From positions 576,001 through 640,000 of the forward strand of contig CAWDVW010000002.1 of the NCBI GenBank assembly GCA_963805855.1: DNA of 64,000 nt. The letters are read 5' to 3'. Below are positions 23,390 through 34,068 of the stretch, in pieces (positions within the stretch are counted from its first letter, which is position 1; each line of letters starts with the position of its first letter). This DNA is from Candidatus Dadabacteria bacterium. GTDB taxonomy: Bacteria; Desulfobacterota_D; UBA1144; Nemesobacterales; CSP1-2. A program made the translations under genes and the position numbers. Under the pieces are notes generated by a model. It saw only the letters and a list, made by a program, of their open reading frames with translations. It was not told the DNA's origin and searched no databases.

Positions 23390-23866
23390 ACTGCTATATC
23401 TGGGATGAAACTCCCGTCCTTCAGTATCGAGTAATCTGTCTCATTACACATGACAGTGGAGTTTTCATCGCGCCTTGCGACATCCCAGACCTCGCCTTTC
23501 GCTATAATACCAAAGCAGCAGGCTCTTAACTTTCAATCGACCATAAGCATTTAACATTATAGATCAACATTTTTGAGTATCTCACAAAAATAAGTCCCGG
23601 TCAATGAGTAATATCCCTTCCATATAAGCGGAGAAGTGTCTGTCCAGTGAAACGAATAAAAGTCCTCAAAATACTATGGCCTACCGTAACAACATTGGAC
23701 AGACACTTTTTATTCCTCGGCCTACTGTATTCGAACCATATGTGAAGGATTCATCAACTCTGAAAATCTCCCTACAAAAAGTGCCGGCCCTCAGGAAATT
23801 TGCGGCGGCACCCCTCGGATGCCGCCGCATTACTTCCGAAACCCTCGCTCAAGCGCTACTAAAGAC

Positions 23867-26055
23867 TTAAAAGCATAGTTGTGTAAAGATATTACAACAT
23901 TTGATATTAACTCCAGAGGTCCCTCCAGTACAAACCTCGTTATCGCCACAGACTTGGCATGTTCTTCCGAGAAAATTTGTGTTGCAGCACTCGCATTGTC
24001 CCGTCTCAACGTTGCACTCTTCTAACTGACTGCACGACTCCGAGACGCAGGAAGACTCCCTACAAACGGAAGAGACGCACTCAAGACCATCTGGACAAGA
24101 CTTATCCATGAAAGTACTCCCAGACTGACACAGACCACACTGGACATTGCTGCACTGTGTTACGGTAATAGAAGTACACGCATAAGCTATTCCCCAGCTT
24201 AAGCACTGTTCGCCAGCCGGGCACGTTCCAGGGCAAGTACCGCCGCATCCGTCGTCAGCGCCGCACGTCGCACCGTCGCAGGTAATGGGTACACATCCGC
24301 CGCCCGTCCCCGTGCAAATGCCCTCAACGCAAGCCCCAGTGCCACACGTGACGACAGTTGTACCGCCGCAGCCGTCATCGACCCGCTGGCCACACGCCGC
24401 ACCACCTAAAACGGTACGGAATGTTGGAAGACAGCATGTGCCATTAAAGCATTCGAAGCCCAGATCGCAAGTGCCACAATTAGCAAACACGCCACACCCG
24501 GCAGGCGCTTCGCCGCACGCAACAGAACACGTGCCAAAACAGCCTGTCTTTGGCTCACAGCCACCGTATGGCAGGCTGCAGTCAATGTCTTCCCCATCAC
24601 AGGTAAAATCAATTCTGTTTTCCCCTGGCCGATTCGGACGAATATCTGAGTTGTTGTCGTTGCAGTCCTCGGGAGCACAAAAGCCGTCACCATCATTATC
24701 GGACTTACCCAAGTCGGAAAAGCCGCATCCACATACACCGGGCGAGACCTTCATTGGATCGCTATCGCATTGATCGCAGGGCGGTCCGCTTCCATCTCCG
24801 TCCACATCCGTCTGGGCGGGGTTAGGAAGATTAAAGCAGTTATCCGTACAATTCGGCACGCCGTCTCCATCCTGGTCAAACGTATCGTCCTCCCCTGGAC
24901 ACACATCACACGCGTCTGGTACTCCATCCATGTCAGCATCCTCACTATTATTACCTTCGGGACACACATCACAGGCATTAGGAACCCCATCTCCGTCGTC
25001 GTCTATTCTGTCATCCCCTGCAGGGCAAACGTCGCATGCGTCTCCGAAAGTGTCCGCGTCTGCGTCCGCCTGGTCAAGGTTTGGATCGGCCGGGCAGTTA
25101 TCGCATACATCTCCGACACCATCTCCGTCCGAATCCGCCTGGTCCGCATTTACATCAAACCTACAATTATCACTTTCGTCAGGAATATTATCATTGTCAT
25201 CATCGGAATCACACTCATCTCCTTGTCCATCTCCATCGGTGTCCATCTGATTAGGATTGTAAACATCAGGACAGTCGTCCACATCGCCGCACACTCCGTC
25301 GCCGTCTGAATCATTGGCTGGATCAGCGGGACAAGCATCGCACACATCGCCCAAGGCGTCGCCATCCGTATTGGTCCTGATCCGCATTGGCAGCGTCCGG
25401 GCAATTGTCCACGATCGCCGCACACTCCGTCGTTGTCTGCGTCATTGGCTGGATCAGCAGGACAGGTGTCCTCGCCATTAAGAATTCCATCACCATCCAA
25501 ATCGCCATCGCAAACATTTCCTTCTCCATCACTGTCACTATCCATTTGATCAGGATTTCGATCGTTCGGGCAGTTGTCAACGTCGCCGCAAACTCCATCC
25601 CCGTCTGCATCATTGGCGGGATCAGCTGGGCAAGCAGTCACACGCATCGCCCAAGGCGTCCCCGTCGATCCGTGTTGGTCTGATCCGCAGTTTGGTCAGC
25701 GTCCGGGCAGTTGTCCATCATCGCCGCACAGCTCCGTCGCCGTCTGCATCGTTGGCTGCGATCATTAGGACAGTTATCGACATTAGTCGAGGACACCATC
25801 GTTGTCGTAATCGCAATCGGCGGTTCAATTACCGGCAGAAAATCGCCATGGGCTATGTGGCTCGACACTGATTTTGGAAGAAACTCGATGAATTGTATGA
25901 GGATTAGAAGGATTATCCGGAGGGAGATGGCACATAGTCACTTTGCCGTTATTCTTCGCCTCAGATTCCAGGACGGTTTGAGAAACGATGTAGAAGGCCA
26001 GGGCAACCGCCGTCAAAGCGGCAAAGGAAAAAATTATCTTTTGTTTCAGTTTCAT
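23867..26055 (-). pseudogene. Frameshifted (or mis-sequenced) exported protein of about 700 aa: His/Cys N-terminal motif, TSP3 repeats, Cys-rich C-terminus
   Basis: ORFs 25825-26055, 25638-25868, 25150-25647 and 23867-25423 join into one continuous DxDxDG/DNCP repeat protein; AGGAG RBS before 26055. Confidence 0.75.
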
Positions 26056-26970
26056 TTTCTTTCTCCTTTTTTAATTTGCAAGCGTATTTTGACTATCCAT
26101 GCGCTCGGGGGGGGCGAGTGGTTGAGAAAATCAATTGCGCTCAAATGTGCAAGGAATAGATCTTATTAGCTTGTATGAATCCTGTGTAATCTTGCCCATA
26201 AATGCCTCCACTAAGAAAATGCTACATACCCATAGATAGATAATGGTAAGTGAGTACCCTTCTGTCTATACAACCTTGGATGTATTTTGGTTGTATATGA
26301 ATGTACAACCTTTTTACTGGTAGGAGCAGGTGATTCACGCAAGCGATGCGTGACAGATGTCCCTATTTTTCTAAGTTGCACGAATAAATTCCTGCCTACA
26401 AGCTTTTATTTGTAGGCACAGACTTGTCTGTGCCATTGAGCATAGCCAACGAGACCATGAATGAGCTTAAATGCGTAATCTACTCCCGTGTGAGGTGTGT
26501 TTGCTGTATTTCTGCTGGCGACTGCCTACTTATTTCAAACCTGAAAATGTATGGACTGATGCCCTCATCAGTCCACATCATGTTAGTTCAGGGAACGGGC
26601 GCTACAACTGGCCGGGTACAGACACCTATACCACAAGTGTTTGTTGTCATTCCTATCCTAATTAGCAACGGACGTGGATTTACTTGCACCAGCCAATAAT
26701 GTGGAGAAATAGAAAAATCCCCTCTGTGTCTCCCCTTTTAAAAAAGGGGAGAGGGACATTTCCAGTTAGTCAAACGGCTCCGTCTTCAATAGGGTCTGAC
26801 ACTATTATTTATAAAGACAGCGTCTACTGTGCCTATTTCACACTAAGTTGGAAAGACTATCATCGCTAATGAAAACTAGTTTCTACCCCCTATTTAATTT
26901 ATTAGGGAAGGAATACTCCCCCCCGCAAGCTTGCGGGGGGAGGATTGGGAGAGGATAGGGGCATGAGCTA

Positions 26971-27318
26971 TTAAACGTAGCGTCTCTTGTCCCCATGTTC
27001 TCTGGCTAAAAAACCTAGGTAGAGCCAACTAGTCGGCATACCCACCAATCGATATTCGCAGAGGGTAGGAGCGCCGATGCACGGCCCTAGTTCTCCAATG
27101 GAGTCAGTTGGGTTCACGGGTCTTAGGATACCGACCCCTCCTGCAAGCGAATCGCACTGGTCGCGGAGTGCCGCAACGTCGTCTGGGGAGGAGAGATTGC
27201 ACTGGAAACAGATGGGTACAGGTTGTGCGAAGGCGGTTTCCGCCCTATGTATTACCAGGGACACCGTGACAATAAGGAGTGCCCCTATTAAGAGCGCTAA
27301 TCGTATCATGCTACTCAT
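26971..27318 (-). CDS. Small Cys-containing exported hypothetical protein
   Basis: GGAGG RBS before ATG 27318; signal peptide; CFQC motif. Confidence 0.55.
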   Translation of the reverse strand: MSSMIRLALLIGALLIVTVSLVIHRAETAFAQPVPICFQCNLSSPDDVAALRDQCDSLAGGVGILRPVNPTDSIGELGPCIGAPTLCEYRLVGMPTSWLYLGFLAREHGDKRRYV

Positions 27319-27895
27319 TTTGTACCTCCCTAAAACTTTGTTTTTTTCTCCGTCGGATTTAGTTTCAAAGCCCTCGCTCCAATGTCGACGCAACCGTTAG
27401 AGCAAGTCAAACTCTCATTTCTCCATATGTATCACCTCCCGTTTTACTGCTAAACGATCAGCTTGACTGAAACATGGAGACGTCCCCCTATTATCTAAAT
27501 TGTCTGTCCCGATGATGATTATCACTCCTAAAATTGTTTCTAATCGATTCTTTGTTTTCTCTAATTCGAACCCAATTTGAACTCAATAGTCCTTAAAAAA
27601 TCAAGATTCCGTCTCCATTTTCCAGAAAGTGCTAAAGGCCCATATGAATAGATAATAGATGAAATAATACTGGCCTGTCTATACAACTTTGGATATATTT
27701 TTGGTTGTACATCCATGTACAACCTTTTTGCTAGTAGAAGCGGGCGATTCACGCGACTTTTAGGAAGGAAAAGGGGTTCTTACTTCACTAAAAGCCCTAT
27801 TCCTTCTAAAGAAAGAAGGAGAAACTCTTAATCCCCTCTGTTTCCCCTTTGAAGAAAGGGGTGACGGGGGATTTAATTTCATGTTTCCCAAGGAA

Positions 27896-28064
27896 GGGGG
27901 TTAGGCCTTGTAATAACACATCATTCTTTATAAAACTATAATTATCGTACAAATCTTTTGAGAACTGAATTTCCAGGTGCGGTGTACGACCTAGAGCAGG
28001 GCGGTGGGGACTTACGAAAAGTCATCAGAATCATGCTTGATTGCAAGACCTGACGGTATTATTT
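27896..28064 (+). mobile_element. Internally deleted RAYT-derived miniature element
   Basis: Ends GGGGTTAGGCCTTG / CAAGACCTGAC; interior translates LRTEFPGAVYDL. Confidence 0.6.
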
Positions 28065-28099
28065 GTACTACGTATCGCGCCTTTAAAAAGGTGGGAACA

Positions 28100-29278
28100 T
28101 CACCTAACCCTCCTTTGGAAAAGGAGGGGGAAGAAGCGGACAGACACTTGTTCCACATTTAAGTCTGGTTGCGAGCTCATACCTGCCGGTAATGCCTAAC
28201 TTCCGATAAACCCGGTTCAAGTGTGTCTTGACGGTTTTATCAGTTATAAAAAGATGTTTTGCTATGACTTTATTGCTGTATCCCTCGACAGCCAGCTTAG
28301 CTATCTCGATCTCTTTTTTGTGAGATTATTATTGTAGATTGAGGCCCGATCATCTTTCCTCATAAGATAGTTTGCAATTATCGCTTTCATGATTTTTACG
28401 TCTCCAAATATTTCGCCCCTTCGAAGAAAACGTATTGCCTGAACCAATTTTGAAGACTTCGATTTCTTGGTTATGAATCCTTTAACGCCCAGGCTTAAAG
28501 AATCAACGACAAGCTGGTGATCGGGCGTGTGAAGCAGCAGTAACACTTGAGTCCAACATTTTTCTCCCTAATTGAGGTGATTAATTTACTGACATCCAAA
28601 TTTGGCGTGACTGTGTCAACAATTAAAACATCCGGAATTCCGCTATTGATAAAAGACTCAAGTTCATTCAGATTCGAAGCCCTTGCGATTATATGCATGT
28701 CACTTTCTGATTCTAGTAGCTTTTGCATGCCTTCAACAAGTATTGCAGACGGAGTGAGACTATCAGGGTGATCTGGCGAGCTTTTTGGAGTCTATTGTTC
28801 AGGCCATCAAACAATTGAATAACCGAACCGGAACGACGGGTATCTGATCGTCGCTCGGAAACCATGAACAAAACCCTTCCGAACACCGAATTTTGCGTAG
28901 TGTAAAAGTGCATTTGGCCAAAAACGTGTTCCCACGTTTATCGAACATCAAGAAATCGTGGATCAGCCCTTGGGATAGGTTGCTTATATAGTCCACCAGG
29001 TAACCCTTGATTCGATTCCTGTCTTTACTGTAAATGACTTTATCGATTGACTTACCCGTAAGCTCCTTTACACTGTATCCAAGCTGATTTGCACAAAACT
29101 CATTGGCGGAAATTATTTTCCCGTCTTTATTCATAACTAAGCACATCCGTTGCTCCACCCCATAGTTTTCCCTTCCCTCTCCGCGCAACATTTCGGAAAT
29201 TCTGAAGGGATTCTTCAAAGAAGCACTCGGCCCCCTCAATTTTCCGCCAAGATGTTTTACAAACATATGTCTCTTCAC
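28100..29278 (-). pseudogene. PAS-REC-LuxR transcriptional regulator, split by frameshifts
   Basis: PAS (28799-29278), REC fragments (28495-28728, 28301-28546), manually read HTH EIEIAKLAVEGYSNKVIAKHLFITDKTVKTHLNRVYRKLG. Confidence 0.8.
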
Positions 29279-29928
29279 GCTGTGCCCCCGGACATAGTAC
29301 GTTTGTAAATATTTATCCCAAAAATTGGTGCCATAGTAAGGACAATCAATCCCGTCTTCAACCGAGGACTCTGACTTTCAAGGATGCTCCATCGGTTATG
29401 TATTCAATCACCTGTTCTCAAATTTAAGTAACGCAAAGCACCCTAACCATAAATGACATTTATCAACGTACCCCATTCGGTTAAAGAATTACACTTTAGC
29501 CAGATAGTGAACTATGCGAACAAAGTGAATCGTGCTTTTTTGGTATCTTACGCGGGCACAGCTACTACATTCTGATTGGTTCTCATTTTTCATCGGTTGT
29601 TTGCTCTCAAAACAATGGACGATAAACTACCAAGGACACGGCGCATAGTTTGCCATTTGTTAGCCGCTCGATTAGATGAAGGGACACCATTTTGTTAGGG
29701 TCTATCAAGACAACTTAGGCTTTTCCCGGACCCGAAGTCTTTCGCTCGTACCCGGTTTTCTACGTGTATTCATCAAACGATTCCCTACCTTATTCGTGGA
29801 TACGCAACGGGCCATGAAAAAAGGACATATCCGCCAGAAAATTTATCTAACAAAGGCGTCTGTTCCTGAGAAGTTTTACCGTTATAATTTATAAGCATTG
29901 GATCTCAAAATTTGTTCAGGAGCGTTTT

Positions 29929-30117
29929 ATGAAAAATCCATATGAGGAATGGGTTAAGTTGATGAATCTGCCTATGGAATTAAGCGTCAAGTTCTACGAC
30001 ATCATTGAGAAAGGCACACGGGCAATGAATTCAATGGCTAAAGCCCAAAAGGATATGGAAGATTTTCAAAGGGCGTCGAAGGAATTCCAGGATTTAGTCC
30101 CGTTTATAAAGAAATAG
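29929..30117 (+). CDS. Small helical hypothetical protein (62 aa)
   Basis: AGGAG RBS, amphipathic sequence. Confidence 0.6.
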   Translation: MKNPYEEWVKLMNLPMELSVKFYDIIEKGTRAMNSMAKAQKDMEDFQRASKEFQDLVPFIKK

Positions 30118-30249
30118 GGGACAGACACTTGCTATTCTATTCTCTGAGTTTGGCTTAGACCCCCTATTGTAATTTGAGACCCTCTCTGAATCTCATCTTA
30201 GCCTCTTCCCCTATCCCATCTAAAGAGTCTTGCGTCCCTTATAGCGAAG

Positions 30250-30415
30250 GGGGGTTAGAGCTTGCAAAACCATATTATTCATTATCGAACTATTATTATA
30301 TGTCCAAATGGCAAGGCCTTTGATGATTGAATTCCGAGGAGCGGTATACCACTGCCAGCGGGGCGGTAAGGAGTAATGAAAACTCATCAAACAGTGCTTG
30401 ATTGCAAGGCCTGAC
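30250..30415 (+). mobile_element. Internally deleted RAYT-derived miniature element
   Basis: Ends GGGGTTAGAGCTTG / CAAGGCCTGAC; ATG 30308 reads MARPLMIEFRGAVYHC. Confidence 0.65.
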
Positions 30416-30437
30416 GGTATAGTATTTGCACCCGGCT

Positions 30438-31224
30438 TTATGAGCAAGAGCCGAGAGGACCGATTCGGCCCTCCGGCTTGGGTTGTACGTTAAGAGCTGG
30501 TGCTGCCGGGGGAGACTCCGCTATTACTGCGGAATATCTGAAGTAATGCGTGTCATCCGGAATGAACTTACGTGCAGTGCAGGGTGCATTCATCACTCCG
30601 ACGAACAACCCTATCAGGAGGCGTACGGGATGCAAGGAGTGTCAAAGTCGTATTGCTCCAGGCAACCGAGCGACACGCTTCGAAGTCTTCTCGTTTTGAG
30701 ATCCCGTCATAGGAAATAGGCCGCCAAGGTTCCAGACCGGCCGCTGGCAAGGTGCATCACAATCAGCTCAGTATTATGGACGATATAGCATGCAGGCCGA
30801 ACGGGTCGACCCGCCTCACGACTTATTTGTACGCCCGTCTGCCAGTCAATGCGTTTGCTCTCATCAACGATACCTAATTGCTCGGTGAGGCGGCAGAAGT
30901 AGTCTCTCTCTGCTTGAGGTACGTGTGTACAATCCAGAGTGCGCGGGTAACTTCCCCAACGTTCTTCTGTCGTCGGGAGCTGGAGACGGGCCATACAGTC
31001 GGCTTTCATCGGCGAGCCGCCGAAATACTCGCGGTGGACACCTCGGCCCGCGCTCCCGGTGGGAGGTTAAACCCCACCTCCAGGTAGAGGCGGAGATGTA
31101 GGGGGGCGAAGGTGTCGGTGATGCAGGTACCTTGACCACCACCACCATCATCCTCGCCGCATCCTGTATAAAACATCAAACCACACATAACAATCATCAA
31201 AACGAGTGTGCTTTTCCTCATCAT
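30438..31224 (-). pseudogene. Frameshifted Cys-rich lipoprotein of unknown function
   Basis: Lipobox FYTGC then EDDGGGG; overlapping ORFs 31006-31224, 30707-31009, 30568-30750, 30438-30635 tile one gene. Confidence 0.55.
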
Positions 31225-31564
31225 GCTTTGATCTTCCTCTTCTCAATAGTCTAAAAAAGCGTCTGTACCCATGACTATATCAATCGGCCCTATCCCCCAT
31301 TTTATTCATACTGCCTTTGTTTTAGAGTGTCTCACAAAAATAAGCTCAAGTAAAGGAGTAATATTCCCTCCGTTTAAGCCGAGCAGTGCCTGTCGAGTGA
31401 AACGAATAAAAGTCCTCAAATATTATAGCCTACAATGTCAAGAAGATGTGAAGTTTTTTTTGACGTGTTCTAAATTGAAAAGAATAAACTTCCATGCAGG
31501 GGTCTGAAGGAACTATCGAATTAGACCTATATCAATGAGAATCATCAAAAATGCCAGCTTTTTA

Positions 31565-32473
31565 TCACAAGAGCTTATAATCAATTAATCTGTATTGGGC
31601 GACAGGGGATTTTTCCTGATCTTTGCAGCTTGTGTAGTTCATGAGGGCCTCTTTATTTTTCTTAATGTGAACGCAGTGGGGTTTTTCCTCTGATTCCGAG
31701 ATAAATTCCATAATGGAGTTTTCTTTGTCTAGACTTTTAAGACTAATGAACCTGAAGGCTGAGATTTCCTTAATTCCGGCTTTCTTTCTCAGAAAGTATT
31801 CAGCAGCTTGCACATCTTTGCTGTAACAAGAACGCCCACGGTAGTGTTCGAGGTCTATCCTGCGATTTATTGAGTCCTCTATCAATTTGTGGACACCAAA
31901 ATCCCTTACCCGGCCGTAATAAACCCCAAATGGTAAATACAATAAATTTGCCGCAAACCTATGACCACCAAGATGAGTCGTTTGCCAGGCCATAAAACCG
32001 TTTTCATTTTTAGCTGCTTCCAGATACACAGAAACGCCATACTTACCACAGCATTTGTCATACGCGCCGTTAGTGCATACTAAAAAAAGCGGCTCTTTCC
32101 TCAAATGGGAATTTCCTTCCAAAATCTCATTAATATCCAAATCAAGTAATTCTTCATAGCTTTTGAACCCAAACTCAAAAAGTTTTGGCTCTAATTCATC
32201 GGATTTTGCAACGTAGAATTTTAGTGTATCGCCAGAATTATCATGTCTTTTGATTAGCTGCAATCTGGAGTTGGGAATCGTTTCGAGAATGAGATTTATT
32301 CGCTTTTTTACGTCCTCAGGAATCTTGCTGTCAAGAAAAGCCTTATCGGTCCACGCCCCTCTGTATTCCAATAAAAACCAGACGTCTACCCTTGGAGTCG
32401 TAGCAAATAGCTCCTCTTTCGCATTGAGTGATAGCTCTGAGCAGGAGAACTGTTTGTAACTTTTACCCGTCAT
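31565..32473 (-). CDS. Sucrase/ferredoxin-like (thioredoxin-like 2Fe-2S) protein
   Basis: LVCTNGAYDKCCG, THLGGHRFAAN, YRGRS. Confidence 0.9.
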   Translation of the reverse strand: MTGKSYKQFSCSELSLNAKEELFATTPRVDVWFLLEYRGAWTDKAFLDSKIPEDVKKRINLILETIPNSRLQLIKRHDNSGDTLKFYVAKSDELEPKLFEFGFKSYEELLDLDINEILEGNSHLRKEPLFLVCTNGAYDKCCGKYGVSVYLEAAKNENGFMAWQTTHLGGHRFAANLLYLPFGVYYGRVRDFGVHKLIEDSINRRIDLEHYRGRSCYSKDVQAAEYFLRKKAGIKEISAFRFISLKSLDKENSIMEFISESEEKPHCVHIKKNKEALMNYTSCKDQEKSPVAQYRLIDYKLL

Positions 32474-32478
32474 TGAAA

Positions 32479-32600
32479 TGTAGCGGAGGTCTTCAGTCCT
32501 CCACCTCTAGAATTAATTCTATGGCGACCTAAAGGTCGCCGCTACAAACTCAACAATCCAAGCACATTATCGCGGCTGGAAGCCGCTCCTACCAGATTCG
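32479..32600. repeat. GTAG-type REP palindromes
   Basis: GTAGCGGAGGTCTTCAGTCCTCC and GGCGACCTAAAGGTCGCCGCTAC; inverted counterpart at 46982-47049. Confidence 0.7.
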
Positions 32601-32725
32601 CAAAGCAATCAAACCTCCGCAGCGCCTGTGCCTTGTGTGTTGCAACTTTACACACCAGCAAGCGTGCCCTGAGCTTGTCGAAGGGACTGGTGTGCTACCC
32701 GTCTAAACTCACCAGAAGAACAGAG

Positions 32726-33874
32726 CTATTTCGATAATTCCCTGACCATTATGAGTCTCTGTATCTCGTTGGTCCCCTCATAGATCTGGAGTACTTTTGC
32801 ATCTCTCATGAGTTTCTCAACCGGATATTCTTCACTGTAACCATACCCGCCATGAATTTGAGCAGCTTCCGTAGCAGCCCACATCGCGGTGTCGGAGGCA
32901 AATGTCTTCGCATATGAAGCCTCTAGCGTGTTTCGCTCTCCGGCGGAGCTTTTATAGGCAGCATGATAAGCCAGAAGCCTCGACGCCTGTGTTCTCATGC
33001 CCATCTCGGCAATTTTAAAACCAACCCCCTGGAATCCAAGAATTGGTTGACCAAAGGCCTCGCGCTCTTTGGCAAATCGAATAGACTCGTCGAGGGCACG
33101 TTGTGAGAGTCCCACGCCAAGTGCAGCGACCACGGGACGGCTGCTGTCAAAGACACGCATCGCCAGCTTAAAACCTTCACCCTCTTTGCCCAGTAGGGCC
33201 TCGGGTGGAAGTTCAACCTGTTTAAAAATCACTTCGCAACAATCACAGGCACGCTGTCCCATTTTAGGCAGTTTCTTTGACACTTCAACCCCGGGCAGAT
33301 CTCGATCTACTATGAATGCACTAATTCCGTGATGGCCAGCCTCCGGGTCGGTCTTGGCAAAGACGATGAAAAAAGACGCTTCGTGTGCGTTGGATATCCA
33401 CGTTTTTTGTCCGTCGAGTTCAAATCCCCTGCCAACCCGCCTGGCTCGGGTACTTATGGAAGCCATATCCGAACCGGCGTTAGGCTCGGTCACACAGTAT
33501 GAACCCAATCCCTCGGAGAGCATCCCAAGATACCTTTTCTTCTGCTTATCTGTCCCGACAAGAAGGATAGGCTCGGCTGCCAAACCATTAATTACGGTTA
33601 CGGCTACTGTAATACCCGTGCAGCCCCATCCCAGTTCCTCAGTTACTAAAATCATCTCGACTGGGGTCAGACCATCACCCCCATATTCTTCTGGTATACA
33701 CAGATTGATCAAACCCACTTCACGCACCTTTGATAAAATGTCATGAGGGAATTCTCCCGTTCTATCATATTTACTCGCGGCCGGAGCGATCTCATTTCTT
33801 GCAAAATCTCTTGCGAGATTCCTTATCATCACCTGTTCATCTGTTAAACCGTATCCCATAAATTCTCCTAGCAA
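32726..33874 (-). CDS. Acyl-CoA dehydrogenase
   Basis: TEPNAGSD, KTWISN, QIHGGYGY, QIYEGTNEIQR. Confidence 0.95.
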   Translation of the reverse strand: MLGEFMGYGLTDEQVMIRNLARDFARNEIAPAASKYDRTGEFPHDILSKVREVGLINLCIPEEYGGDGLTPVEMILVTEELGWGCTGITVAVTVINGLAAEPILLVGTDKQKKRYLGMLSEGLGSYCVTEPNAGSDMASISTRARRVGRGFELDGQKTWISNAHEASFFIVFAKTDPEAGHHGISAFIVDRDLPGVEVSKKLPKMGQRACDCCEVIFKQVELPPEALLGKEGEGFKLAMRVFDSSRPVVAALGVGLSQRALDESIRFAKEREAFGQPILGFQGVGFKIAEMGMRTQASRLLAYHAAYKSSAGERNTLEASYAKTFASDTAMWAATEAAQIHGGYGYSEEYPVEKLMRDAKVLQIYEGTNEIQRLIMVRELSK

Positions 33875-34068
33875 AACATTTATTAGTCACAACAACCCCC
33901 TAATACAGTATTATACTAATACCTGAGTCATAACAAAATTCGCTTTTGAACTGAGAACTAATTATTCAATTTTCCGAATCACATTTGATCATCCATCATA
34001 AATACCAGCGATTTTTATGCTAAAATCAGTCCTGGGAAAGAATTTTTAAACGATGATGGAGAGCCGCT

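Noticed and set aside
24700-25800. Periodic DNA repeats resembling a CRISPR array or DGR template/variable pair
   Set aside because: They are degenerate coding TSP3 repeats; no constant repeat-spacer pattern, cas genes or reverse transcriptase in the window
26548-26582. Hairpin containing CTGATGAG on the minus strand (hammerhead-like)
   Set aside because: No GAAA after the putative stem II; it is a simple inverted repeat
26715-28135. CCCCTCT...CCCCTT...AAGGGG palindromes (about 26715, 26917, 27830, 28108; also 35041) as terminators or ncRNAs
   Set aside because: Dispersed REP-like family, inconsistent position relative to gene ends
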